From contig JAFXKT010000002.1 in the NCBI GenBank assembly GCA_017531585.1, forward strand, positions 70,203 to 134,202: DNA of 64,000 nt. Direction: 5' to 3'. Made by a program: the position numbers and the translations under genes. This stretch comes from Candidatus Saccharimonadota bacterium (GTDB lineage Bacteria > Patescibacteriota > Saccharimonadia > Saccharimonadales > Saccharimonadaceae). This document shows positions 36,543 through 46,151 of this stretch, piece by piece (position 1 is the stretch's first letter; each line of letters opens with the position of its first letter). Below the pieces are notes generated by a model that saw only the letters and a program-made list of their open reading frames with translations, was not told where the DNA came from and ran no database searches.

Positions 36543-38798
36543 ATGGCTAAAAAGAGAGGTAGAAAGAAAAAAGCCCCAGAGGCTAAAAATACATACGAAG
36601 TGCCAAATGTTTTCTGGAAGCAAGTTGGCGCGGTGTTTATGATGCTCCTAGCTGTTATTTTGACGGCAGCTTGGTTTAAACCGAAGGGCGCAGCATTATT
36701 GACACCATTACAAGAAGGCTTGATGTATGTATTTGGTTATGCAACCTATCTTCTACCTTTCATTCTTATTTATCTTGCAGTAAAAATCTTCCGTGCGGAA
36801 GGTAATAATCTTCCTACGGTCGTATGGATTGCCTCGGTATTATTACTTCTCTTGTTCTGCGGCGTATTCGGTGCGCCAAGCTATGGCTCTACCAATCATA
36901 CTGGTGGTGTTATTGGTAACTTTATGAGCGAATATACCGTAAAGAATATAGGTGCCCCTCTTTCCATTCTTATTTATGTTGTCTTGATTGTTATTACGGC
37001 TCTATTTATGTATGCCGAGACTCCAGCTCAGTTATTTCATAAGATTCAGGATATATTCCGCGGAACCAGAAACGAGGAAGATTCTGAGAATGCTCGCATC
37101 ATGCGCCGCAATTCCGGCATCGAGGATGACGAAGATCGTCCACGCCGCCACTTAGGCCTTAAGGTCAATAATTCTAATGCTCTCGCCGCCGAAGAAGAGA
37201 AACCGAAGGTTGCTCGTGGTTTGCTTCGCAAGAAAGATAATACTAAGGTCGAGGAAACTCCGGCTCCAGCTCCTGCTGCCGCTCCAGAACCAACCGCTCT
37301 TGTTGCTGTAAATGACATTAACTGGAAGATGCCTCCATTAACGCTTCTAAGCAAGAAACGCTCCCCAGCGGATCCTGGTGATACGGATAAAATCGCTCAT
37401 ATTATTGAGGATACTTTGAAGCAGTTCAATATCGACGTCGATGTTGAAGAGGCAAATGTTGGCCCACGTATTACGCAGTATACTTTGCGTCCGCCTCAGG
37501 GTGTTAAGATTTCCAAGATTGCTACCTATGATAAAGAGCTTGCGTTGAACCTTGCAAAGAGTAAAATTCGTATCGAGGCTCCAATTCCTGGTACTCGTGC
37601 CGTTGGTGTTGAGGTTGAGAACGAAAAGCAGGGTAGTGTTGGTCTACATGAGCTTTTGCAGTCTAGTGAATGGCAAAAGATGATTGCGGATAAACCGCTT
37701 GCCTTTACGCTCGGCAAAGATATTTCTGGTAAAACCGTTGTCGGCAACCTTGCAAAGATGCCTCACTTGCTCATCGCAGGTACTACTGGTTCTGGTAAGT
37801 CCGTCATGACTAATACTTTGATTGCTTCCATGCTATATCACAACTCGCCATCCGATCTTCGCTTGATTATTGTCGACCCTAAGCAGGTTGAAATGGCGGC
37901 ATATCAGGATATTCCACATCTTTTGACGCCAATTATTACTGATGCGCCAAAATCTTTGAGTGCTTTGAAGTGGGCGGTCAATGAGATGGAACGCCGCTAT
38001 ACGGTTATGGCCGAAGAGCGCGTCAAGAATATCGTCGACTATAACGCAAAGATGCAGAGAAATGGCGGCAAGGTTACTATTCCTGATGAAGATGGTAATC
38101 CTCAGCAACACAACGAAGGCAAGATGCCGTATATTGTCGTTATTGTAGATGAGATGGCGGACCTTATGATGCAGGTTGGCAAGGAACTCGAAATGATGAT
38201 TGTTCGTATCGCTCAGAAGGGTCGTGCTGCGGGTATTCATCTAGTGCTTGCAACGCAGCGTCCAGAAGTTAAGGTTGTCACTGGCCTTATTAAGGCTAAT
38301 ATTCCAGGCCGTATTGCCTTCGCTGTAAATAACAATATGGACTCTCGCGTTATGCTCGATATGGGCGGCGCCGAGAAACTTCTTGGTATGGGTGATATGC
38401 TCTACCTAACTACCGAGATGATGGGCAAGCCAAAACGTGTTCAGGGTGCCTATGTAAGTGACGAAGAGATCGAAAACCTCACGAACTATCTCCGTGAGCA
38501 AGCTCCGCCAAACTATAACGACGAAGTTATCTCCCAAGATGTCGAAGCTAAAGGCGTTATGGGTATGGGTGGCGACTCTGGCATGGGTGGCGGCGATATC
38601 GAACGTCAGGCTGCTGAAATTGGTATTCGTGCAAGAAAGATGTCCACTTCGCTACTTCAGAGGCAGCTACATATTGGTTATGGCCGTGCAGCAGCCATTA
38701 TTGATCACTTGGAAGAGATCGGCGTAGTTGGTCCTGCGCCAGGTGGCAGTAAGCCACGCGAGGTCCTAATTACCTCTATGGATGAATATCCGGGCTAA
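36543..38798 (+). CDS. ftsK: DNA translocase FtsK/SpoIIIE
   Basis: N-terminal TM segments, a P/A-rich linker, Walker A GTTGSGKS, VVIVDEMADL, and a C-terminal winged-helix gamma domain. Confidence 0.9.
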   Translation: MAKKRGRKKKAPEAKNTYEVPNVFWKQVGAVFMMLLAVILTAAWFKPKGAALLTPLQEGLMYVFGYATYLLPFILIYLAVKIFRAEGNNLPTVVWIASVLLLLLFCGVFGAPSYGSTNHTGGVIGNFMSEYTVKNIGAPLSILIYVVLIVITALFMYAETPAQLFHKIQDIFRGTRNEEDSENARIMRRNSGIEDDEDRPRRHLGLKVNNSNALAAEEEKPKVARGLLRKKDNTKVEETPAPAPAAAPEPTALVAVNDINWKMPPLTLLSKKRSPADPGDTDKIAHIIEDTLKQFNIDVDVEEANVGPRITQYTLRPPQGVKISKIATYDKELALNLAKSKIRIEAPIPGTRAVGVEVENEKQGSVGLHELLQSSEWQKMIADKPLAFTLGKDISGKTVVGNLAKMPHLLIAGTTGSGKSVMTNTLIASMLYHNSPSDLRLIIVDPKQVEMAAYQDIPHLLTPIITDAPKSLSALKWAVNEMERRYTVMAEERVKNIVDYNAKMQRNGGKVTIPDEDGNPQQHNEGKMPYIVVIVDEMADLMMQVGKELEMMIVRIAQKGRAAGIHLVLATQRPEVKVVTGLIKANIPGRIAFAVNNNMDSRVMLDMGGAEKLLGMGDMLYLTTEMMGKPKRVQGAYVSDEEIENLTNYLREQAPPNYNDEVISQDVEAKGVMGMGGDSGMGGGDIERQAAEIGIRARKMSTSLLQRQLHIGYGRAAAIIDHLEEIGVVGPAPGGSKPREVLITSMDEYPG

Positions 38799-38860
38799 TA
38801 TTGACAAGAAATCAAAATATTTTCTTGCAATAAAATATTAGCTGTTCTAAGATAGAAAGT

Positions 38861-40108
38861 ATGAAACGCAGTGAATCATTCGTAAAAACCCTCAAAAATG
38901 CACCAAGCGACGAAGTAAGTCGCAGTGCACAATTGCTTTTGCGTGCTGGTTATATCTATAAGGAGATGGCTGGCGTCTATGATTTTCTGCCCTTGGGTCG
39001 CAAGGTTCTAAATAATATTATTGATATTATTCGCGAAGAAATGGTCGCTCTTGGTGGTCAAGAGGTCGAGATGTCTAGCTTGCAGCCAAAGGATGCTTGG
39101 GTAAAGTCTGGTCGTTGGGACGACGATGTCGTCGACGACTGGTTCAAGACAAAACTTCATGCTGGAGGTGAGCTTGGTCTTGCTTTGACACACGAAGAAG
39201 CTATTACGAATATGCTAACTAGCTATGTCTCTAGCTATAAGGACCTTCCGCTTTATGTCTTCCAGTTCCAGAAGAAGTTCCGTAACGAGCTTCGTGCAAA
39301 ATCCGGCATTATGCGCACGCGCGAATTTATTATGAAGGATCTATATTCTTTCTGCGCAACGCGCGAACAGCATGAAGAATTCTACGAAAAAGCCGCAATT
39401 AGTTATACGAATATTTTTAAGCGCCTAGGTATTGGCGATAGCACGTATCGTACCTTTGCAAGCGGCGGTAGCTTTAGTCGTTTTAGTGATGAATTCCAGA
39501 CCATCTGCGATGCAGGTGAGGATATTATCTATATCGATCACGAAAAGAATATCGCCATTAACGAAGAAGTCTATAATGAAGAAACCTTCAAGATGCTAGA
39601 CGTCGACCCGGCTAAGCTAGACAAGCAAAAGGCATCTGAAGTTGGTAATATTTTCACGCTCGGTACTAAGTACTCCGAAGCTCTTGATTTGTGCTTTAAT
39701 GATGAAAATGGTGTAAGAACACCAGTATTTATGGGTAGCTATGGCATTGGCCCAGCTCGTTCTATGGGTGTTATTGCAGAGAAGACCTGCGATGATAAAG
39801 GTCTAAACTGGCCAGAAGAAATTGCCCCATATAAGTACTATCTCATTGGTATTGGCGAAAAAGGCATGAAAGAAGCTGAAAAGCTATATAACTTGAATCC
39901 AGAACAATTCGTCTTTGATGACCGCGAAAAGGTCCGTAATGGCGAGAAATTTGCTGACGCAGAACTTATGGGTATCCCATATCGTGTTATTGTTAGCGAC
40001 AAGACTCTAGAGAATGATCAGGTCGAAATTCTATCTAGAAAAACGGGTAAAAGCGAGCTATTGACAACAAAAGAGTTCATTAGTAAAATACCAAAAGTAT
40101 TAAAATAA
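38861..40108 (+). CDS. proS: Prolyl-tRNA synthetase, short form lacking the INS editing domain
   Basis: Class II motif 2 FRNELRAKSGIMRTREFIMKD and motif 3 region. Only about 100 aa separates motif 2 from GNIFTLGTKYS. 415 aa in total. Confidence 0.85.
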   Translation: MKRSESFVKTLKNAPSDEVSRSAQLLLRAGYIYKEMAGVYDFLPLGRKVLNNIIDIIREEMVALGGQEVEMSSLQPKDAWVKSGRWDDDVVDDWFKTKLHAGGELGLALTHEEAITNMLTSYVSSYKDLPLYVFQFQKKFRNELRAKSGIMRTREFIMKDLYSFCATREQHEEFYEKAAISYTNIFKRLGIGDSTYRTFASGGSFSRFSDEFQTICDAGEDIIYIDHEKNIAINEEVYNEETFKMLDVDPAKLDKQKASEVGNIFTLGTKYSEALDLCFNDENGVRTPVFMGSYGIGPARSMGVIAEKTCDDKGLNWPEEIAPYKYYLIGIGEKGMKEAEKLYNLNPEQFVFDDREKVRNGEKFADAELMGIPYRVIVSDKTLENDQVEILSRKTGKSELLTTKEFISKIPKVLK

Positions 40109-40148
40109 GTGGTGATTTTCCACGATTGACAGAAAATAGGAGGTATTT

Positions 40149-40595
40149 ATGCCTAATGTTGTTAAAATTACCGCAGCTGGTAAAAAAGACTTACAAGAAG
40201 AACTAAAAGCGCTCAAAGCGCGTCGTCCAGAAATTGCGGAAAAAATTGCTCTAGCACGTTCTTATGGCGATTTAAGTGAAAACGAAGATTATAGTGCTGC
40301 TCGCAGTGAACAGAATACCGTAGAAGGTCGTATTCAAGAGATCGAAGATATTTTGCTTCATGCAAAAATTATCGAAAACAAGAAAACGGATAAAGTTGCT
40401 CTTGGTAGCACAGTTACTTTGGATGTAGAAGGCAAAAGCCGCTCATATATCCTTGTTGGTGCAACCGAAGCAGATCCTTTGAATGGCAAAATTAGCGATG
40501 TTTCGCCAATCGGCAAACAGCTAATGGGTCAAAAGGTTGGTTTTGAGGGTGAACTACCAAATAAAAAGAAATTTTCAATTAAAACAATAGAATAA
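40149..40595 (+). CDS. greA: Transcription elongation factor GreA
   Basis: N-terminal coiled coil (YGDLSENEDYSAARSEQ) and C-terminal FKBP-like domain (ISDVSPIGKQLMG). SD AGGAGG. Confidence 0.9.
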   Translation: MPNVVKITAAGKKDLQEELKALKARRPEIAEKIALARSYGDLSENEDYSAARSEQNTVEGRIQEIEDILLHAKIIENKKTDKVALGSTVTLDVEGKSRSYILVGATEADPLNGKISDVSPIGKQLMGQKVGFEGELPNKKKFSIKTIE

Positions 40596-40637
40596 TCATC
40601 TGAGAATAATCTCTCGGGTGGTTATTAAAGGGAGATT

Positions 40638-42464
40638 ATGAAAAAAGAAAGAAAGGGCGAGAAGCGTAAACTTACGCGAAGGACGCTCCATTACTATTGG
40701 CAGGCAACAAAGAAGCATAAAGGCCTCTTTGCTACCGGCATTATCGTGACGCCAATTGTGACGGCGTGTCGCACGGCATTGGCTCCATATTTTACTGCCG
40801 ATATTATCGGCAAAGTTTCTGCTGGAATTAATCCAGTCGAGAACTGGTCTGCTTTTATGTGGCCAGTAATTGGGCTTCTAGCATGTTATCTAATCGGTTC
40901 TGAGCTTCTAGGTCACATCCGTATTTGGGCTATTTGGAAGCTAGAACTAAAGGTCGCATATGATCTTGCGACTTACTGTTTCGACAAGGTTTGTACGCAG
41001 TCTATGCGATTCCATAGCAACCGCTTTTCGGGTTCGCTTGTATCTCAGACGAACAAATTCGTGGGTGGTTATGAACGTTTGTTTGATACCTTGATATTCC
41101 AGATTCTTTGGTTGGCCTTTACGATTCTCTCGACCATCGGTATCTTGGCTTTCAAGGCGCCGCTATTCGCATTAATTCTAGTTGCAGTTGTAATTCTTTA
41201 CACGATTATTGCTACGGTTAGCTTCAAGAAAGTCGGAAAGTTAAGCGAGAAGTATGCAAGTGCCGAAACCAAGCAGACTGGTCAGCTTGCCGACTCTATG
41301 TCTAACATCTTGGCTGTTAAATCTTATGGTCGCGAAGCGCACGAGCATCGCCGCTATGCAAACTTTAGTACTGCAACTTACAACGCAGGTATGAATCAGA
41401 TGCGCGCGGTTATCTTCCGCGATATTTGCTTCGGCTTTGTTATTATTGGCTGTGTTGTTGCTTCGACGATGTTTGTAATCTTTGGTAAGAATCTTGGCAT
41501 CGAAATCGCAACTCTAATCCTCATCTCGGATTACGCTATTACGATTGTTGGTAATCTTTGGGATGTAAACAATATTCTAAAGTCCGTAAACCGCGTCTTT
41601 GGTGATGCTCACGACATGACGGCAATTCTTGATACCGAGGATTCTGTTAAGGATATTTCCAGTGCCAAGTCTATCGAAGTTAAGAAGGGCAACATTGAAT
41701 TTGATAATATTACCTTCAAACATGCCGATGCGCCTCGCGCGATCTTCAATGACTTCAACTTGAAGGTTAAGGCTGGCGAACGCGTTGGTCTAGTTGGTCT
41801 ATCTGGTTCTGGTAAAACAACTTTGACGAAGCTCCTCTTGCGATTTGCTGACGTCGATAAGGGTAAAATTACTGTTGATGGCCACGACATTAGTAAGATT
41901 CGCCAGATTTCACTTCGCGAAAACATTGCGTATGTTCCACAAGATACGGCTCTGTTCCATCGCTCGATCGCAGAGAATATTGCCTATGGCAGGCCTGATG
42001 CAAGCCGCGAAGAAATCATTCATGCCGCCAAGCTAGCACACGCAGACGAATTTATCTCTGAGATGCCAGATGGCTACGATACTCTCGTCGGCGAACGTGG
42101 CGTCAAATTGTCCGGCGGTCAGAGACAGCGTATCTCGATTGCTCGCGCAATCTTGAAAGATGCTCCAATTCTAGTTCTTGATGAGGCAACCTCTGCGCTC
42201 GACTCTGAATCTGAAGCTTTAATCCAGGATGCCTTGGATAAGCTCATGAAGGGTCGCACGAGCATCGTGGTGGCCCACCGTCTATCTACGATTGCCGGTA
42301 TGGACAAGATTGTTGTCTTGGAAGATGGCAAGATTCTCGAGCAAGGTAGCCACGAGGATCTACTCAGGAATCGTGGTTCCTACTACCGCCTATGGTCGCG
42401 CCAATCCGGTGCATTCTTGAATAAGGAAATTGACGACGTAGTAGAATGCGAAGAAGAAGAGTAA
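40638..42464 (+). CDS. ABC exporter, fused permease/ATPase (MsbA/type I exporter-like)
   Basis: Six-TM domain, Walker A GLSGSGKTT, signature LSGGQRQR, Walker B ILVLDEATS. Confidence 0.9.
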   Translation: MKKERKGEKRKLTRRTLHYYWQATKKHKGLFATGIIVTPIVTACRTALAPYFTADIIGKVSAGINPVENWSAFMWPVIGLLACYLIGSELLGHIRIWAIWKLELKVAYDLATYCFDKVCTQSMRFHSNRFSGSLVSQTNKFVGGYERLFDTLIFQILWLAFTILSTIGILAFKAPLFALILVAVVILYTIIATVSFKKVGKLSEKYASAETKQTGQLADSMSNILAVKSYGREAHEHRRYANFSTATYNAGMNQMRAVIFRDICFGFVIIGCVVASTMFVIFGKNLGIEIATLILISDYAITIVGNLWDVNNILKSVNRVFGDAHDMTAILDTEDSVKDISSAKSIEVKKGNIEFDNITFKHADAPRAIFNDFNLKVKAGERVGLVGLSGSGKTTLTKLLLRFADVDKGKITVDGHDISKIRQISLRENIAYVPQDTALFHRSIAENIAYGRPDASREEIIHAAKLAHADEFISEMPDGYDTLVGERGVKLSGGQRQRISIARAILKDAPILVLDEATSALDSESEALIQDALDKLMKGRTSIVVAHRLSTIAGMDKIVVLEDGKILEQGSHEDLLRNRGSYYRLWSRQSGAFLNKEIDDVVECEEEE

Positions 42465-42473
42465 TCTGTAAAA

Positions 42474-42503
42474 TAGGGCCCGCCTAAAACGGGCTCTATT
42501 TTT
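42474..42503 (+). terminator. Intrinsic terminator of the ABC exporter gene
   Basis: TAGGGCCCG-CCTAAAA-CGGGCTCTA followed by TTTTTA. Confidence 0.75.
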
Positions 42504-42523
42504 ATGCTAGAATTAAAATTAGC

Positions 42524-43585
42524 ATGAGTAAGTTCGAAGATAGGCAAGTTATTCTAGAAAAAATCAAAAACGGTGTCTATAGCACGAAAACCAGTAACAA
42601 TTTAGGTGTCGCGCTTTTTATTGTAATGACTCTATTTGCTTTTACGATTTTCTTTTCGACGATTGTGGCGATACTTGTAAAAAGCACGCTGAACGGCAAT
42701 AAGGGTTTTGCTGTACTTGGTACAACAATCGTATTTATAATCATTGTTGCAATTACAATGATATTTATTATCATTCCGAAGCTTAGTAAAAGCTCAAAAA
42801 CTAGCAAAAAAGACATTAGTCTAATTGAAACCGGGACAGAGCTTGAGGTTCATATTGAGAACTCTTACAAGACAAATTCCGGATATCAGCTAGAATGTAC
42901 GAGTGATAAATATCCAGGCATGGTCTTCAGGAGCAAACTCCTTCAAGAAGAGCCTATTATCGATAAAGATAGGAAAACTAGAGTCTTTATTGATCCTCAG
43001 AATCCAAATAATTACTTTGTTGATATCTATAGCGTTTTGCCTCGTCAGGCTGGCCCTGTCTTGATGGATAGAAGCGAGCTAAAGCATGAGACGAATGTTA
43101 ATGTTACGGCTAATAATTTTGCCATCGTTCGTATATTTTTGTTTATTTTCTTGGCGCCATTCTTTATAACGGGTGTAGGGACCGCAATCGGCGGCTTGCT
43201 TACTGGGCATTTTATTACTGCTATAATTAGCGCCCTTATCATTTTTGGCTTTGCGACGATTATTAATAAGATTGGTGACGGTGACAGCGAAAAGAAAGCT
43301 ATGCTAGCTCAAGGTTACTATCTCGAAGCTACTGGTACGAGATATTGGGTTACGACTAGTGACGATTCTACGACTCATCATTTATCTTGTCGCTACATTG
43401 TTCCTGGTACGCATGACGCATATAACTTCTATACGACGGCCGTAGATGCTCGTGCAAAGATTCTCGTCGGCGCAAAGGTTCGCGTCTATGTAAACCCGGA
43501 CAAAATGAGCGTTTATCTTATCGATGCTAAATATTCTTTGTCTAATTTTGGCTTTACTGCCAAGCAAGAAACCGACGAAGCTTAA
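42524..43585 (+). CDS. Hypothetical membrane protein with two TM-flanked beta-rich modules (DUF3592-like pattern, low confidence)
   Basis: 353 aa with two modules ending ...TRVFIDPQNPNNYFVD and ...VRVYVNPDKMSVYLID, each bracketed by TM segments. Confidence 0.6.
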   Translation: MSKFEDRQVILEKIKNGVYSTKTSNNLGVALFIVMTLFAFTIFFSTIVAILVKSTLNGNKGFAVLGTTIVFIIIVAITMIFIIIPKLSKSSKTSKKDISLIETGTELEVHIENSYKTNSGYQLECTSDKYPGMVFRSKLLQEEPIIDKDRKTRVFIDPQNPNNYFVDIYSVLPRQAGPVLMDRSELKHETNVNVTANNFAIVRIFLFIFLAPFFITGVGTAIGGLLTGHFITAIISALIIFGFATIINKIGDGDSEKKAMLAQGYYLEATGTRYWVTTSDDSTTHHLSCRYIVPGTHDAYNFYTTAVDARAKILVGAKVRVYVNPDKMSVYLIDAKYSLSNFGFTAKQETDEA

Positions 43586-43629
43586 GGCATTAGATAAAAG
43601 CCAGAATTATGATATAATATAAGATAATT

Positions 43630-45063
43630 ATGGCTACACTAAAAGATTTTCGTGATGAGCGCGTGCGAAAGCTCAATGAGATTCGCGAAGCTGGTATTGA
43701 TCCGTATCCAGCCCATTCGAACCGCGACACTAAAATAAAAGATATTCTAGATAACTTCGATAATTTTGATGGCAAGGATGTTTGTGTTGCTGGCCGTATT
43801 GCTGGTATCCGCAGCTTTGGCAAGCTTGCCTTCGTAGTTCTTAAAGATGATTCTGGCAAAGTTCAGATTTTCTTGAAGGATGAAGCTGCTAAGTTTACAA
43901 AGAAGCTTGATTCTGGAGATTTTCTTGAAGCAGCTGGTAAAGTTGGTAAGAGTAAAACTGGCGAAATTTCAATTTTCTGTGATGCGCCAAGATTACTTGG
44001 CAAGGCTTTGCGTCCACTTCCTGGCCGTGATGGCTTTACAAACAAGGAAGAGCGCCTACGTCGCCGCTATGTAGATATGGCTGTAAACCCAGAAGTTCGC
44101 GAACGCTTCATTCGCCGTAGTAAATTTTGGACTGCAACCCGTGAATTCTTGAACGCACATGGTTTCGTAGAAGTTAATATTCCAGTTCTCGAGGTTACGA
44201 CCGGTGGTGCAGATGCAAACCCATTTGTAACCCACATGGATGCGCTTGATCAGGATTACTACCTACGTATTTCGCACGAGTTGCCATTGAAGCGCTTGAT
44301 TGGTGGTGGTTTTGAACGTGTTTACGATATTGGTCCACGCTTCCGCAATGAAGGTATGGATGAAGAACACTTGCCAGAACACATCGCTATGGAAAGCTAT
44401 GCAGCTTACCAGGATTACGAAGATGGCATGAAGCTTTACGAAGAAATGATCAAATATGTCTGTAAAGAAACTTGGGGTACGCTCCAGTTCGAACATGACG
44501 GTATGAAGGTAGATTTGGATTGTGAGTGGCCACGCAAGACTTATGCGGATCTTCTAAAAGAGCATTTTAATATCGACGTCTTTAATCCAGATATTGAGCA
44601 AATCAAGGGAATCTTGCGCGAGCATAAGATGAAGTTTGACGAAAATGCATCTGCTTCACGCCTCTTGGACTATGCTTGGAAGATTATTCGTAAAGAATCT
44701 GCTGGTCCATACTGGTTGATTCATGAACCTGTTGAGGTCTCTCCGCTTGCAAAGAAACATGCCGAAGACCCTCGCGTTACTGAACGCTTCCATCCGATTA
44801 TCTTTGGTACGGAGATGGGTAACGGCTACTCTGAGCTGAACGATCCAATCGATCAGCTAGAGCGCTTCGAAAAGCAGCAGGCAATGCGCGATGCTGGTGA
44901 CGATGAAGCTCAGATGTTGGATATGGATTTCGTAGAGATGCTAGAGTATGGCATGCCACCAACATGCGGTTGGGGCAACTCCGAACGTAATTTCTGGCTA
45001 TTTGAAGGCGTTTCTGCCCGCGAAGGCGTTCCATTCCCACCAATGCGCAAGAGCGAAGATTAA
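43630..45063 (+). CDS. lysS: Lysyl-tRNA synthetase, class II
   Basis: OB anticodon-binding N-domain and class II core (YLRISHELPLKRL, FRNEGMD, GWGNSERN). 477 aa. Confidence 0.95.
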   Translation: MATLKDFRDERVRKLNEIREAGIDPYPAHSNRDTKIKDILDNFDNFDGKDVCVAGRIAGIRSFGKLAFVVLKDDSGKVQIFLKDEAAKFTKKLDSGDFLEAAGKVGKSKTGEISIFCDAPRLLGKALRPLPGRDGFTNKEERLRRRYVDMAVNPEVRERFIRRSKFWTATREFLNAHGFVEVNIPVLEVTTGGADANPFVTHMDALDQDYYLRISHELPLKRLIGGGFERVYDIGPRFRNEGMDEEHLPEHIAMESYAAYQDYEDGMKLYEEMIKYVCKETWGTLQFEHDGMKVDLDCEWPRKTYADLLKEHFNIDVFNPDIEQIKGILREHKMKFDENASASRLLDYAWKIIRKESAGPYWLIHEPVEVSPLAKKHAEDPRVTERFHPIIFGTEMGNGYSELNDPIDQLERFEKQQAMRDAGDDEAQMLDMDFVEMLEYGMPPTCGWGNSERNFWLFEGVSAREGVPFPPMRKSED

Positions 45064-45069
45064 TACTTA

Positions 45070-45101
45070 AACTTCCACTTAAGATAAGTGGAAGTTTTTT
45101 G
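45070..45101 (+). terminator. Intrinsic terminator of lysS
   Basis: AACTTCCACTT-AAGAT-AAGTGGAAGTTTTTT. Confidence 0.85.
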
Positions 45102-45222
45102 TAAACCAAGCAGGTTTGTGGCGGATAAGAAGAGTATCAAGACGACGCCGTGAGCTGCCTCTGTATCTGTAATTATTAAGCTTCCGCTTTTAATAATTCT
45201 CGTATTCTACTAGCTTGTTGCT

Positions 45223-46101
45223 ATGAAATATAGAAGAACGGATTTAAGCGAACAATTTTTACAAAACTTATATAATGAAGATTCGAAGCATTGGGAAAAT
45301 AAGCCACCAAAAGAGCTTTGGCAATATGGTAATTTTCCGAAGCGTGTGGATAAAAAGGTAGTTGCTATAGTCGGTAGTCGAAACTGTACGGATTACGGCA
45401 AGAATATCGCATATAAGACCGCTAAAACGCTCGCGGAGCATGGTTTTGTGGTTGTGAGTGGCCTCGCCTATGGCATAGATAGCTTCGCGCATCGTGGATG
45501 TATTGATGGCGGCGGCCAAACAGTTGCTGTGCTTGGAACTCCAATAGATAGAATCTATCCAGTTAGCAATTATTCTTTAGCACAGAGAATCGTCGAGACC
45601 GGCGGTGCAATCATTTCTGAGCATGCGCCAGGATCAAAAGTTCATCCATTTAATTTTATATATCGAAATCGGATTGTTTCTGGATTGGCGGACGCGCTAA
45701 TAATTGTTGAAGCCTCGGATAAATCTGGTACGATTCATACCGCGCAGTATGCGGTCGAGCAAGATAGAGAGCTATACGTTGTGCCGGGGGATATCAATCG
45801 ACCGATGTCTTCTGGTGCGAATAGGTTAATTATGGACGGCGGGCAGCCGTTTCTTGGCACGGATTGGTTTATGGACTGTATGGATCCGCTCTGGCGTACG
45901 AAAGAGAAAAAGCAAAAGAAGAAAACCCTTGGTGCGCTTGCGGACTCTATCTTGAGTTTCTTGTCTGGCAAAAGCGCTGATGCTGGTAGTATTGCGGAAT
46001 CTATCGGGCAGGATTTAAGTAAAGTATTGGTGCAATTGTCTCTGCTAGAATTGGACGGGACATTATGCTCCGACTCGGAAGGCAAATGGTCTTTTGCTTA
46101 A
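45223..46101 (+). CDS. dprA: DNA-processing protein DprA/Smf
   Basis: VAIVGSRNCTDYG...VVSGLAYGIDSFAHRG...GTIHTA, a Rossmann-like DprA core. Confidence 0.85.
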   Translation: MKYRRTDLSEQFLQNLYNEDSKHWENKPPKELWQYGNFPKRVDKKVVAIVGSRNCTDYGKNIAYKTAKTLAEHGFVVVSGLAYGIDSFAHRGCIDGGGQTVAVLGTPIDRIYPVSNYSLAQRIVETGGAIISEHAPGSKVHPFNFIYRNRIVSGLADALIIVEASDKSGTIHTAQYAVEQDRELYVVPGDINRPMSSGANRLIMDGGQPFLGTDWFMDCMDPLWRTKEKKQKKKTLGALADSILSFLSGKSADAGSIAESIGQDLSKVLVQLSLLELDGTLCSDSEGKWSFA

Positions 46102-46151
46102 AGTTTTATGCTAAAATATAAGCATAAGAAATAAAAGAGGGCATCATTTTA

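Noticed and set aside
43586-43629. Possible T-box leaders upstream of the aminoacyl-tRNA synthetase genes (lysS, leuS 51401-51470, proS 38799-38860)
   Set aside because: The intergenic regions are 45-70 nt, and the -10 boxes lie 7-11 nt from the ATG. There is no room for a T-box of about 200 nt.
45344-45352. Perfect DnaA-box-like nonamer TGTGGATAA
   Set aside because: It is a single copy inside the dprA coding sequence, with no cluster, no AT-rich unwinding element and no dnaA/dnaN nearby. It is not an origin.
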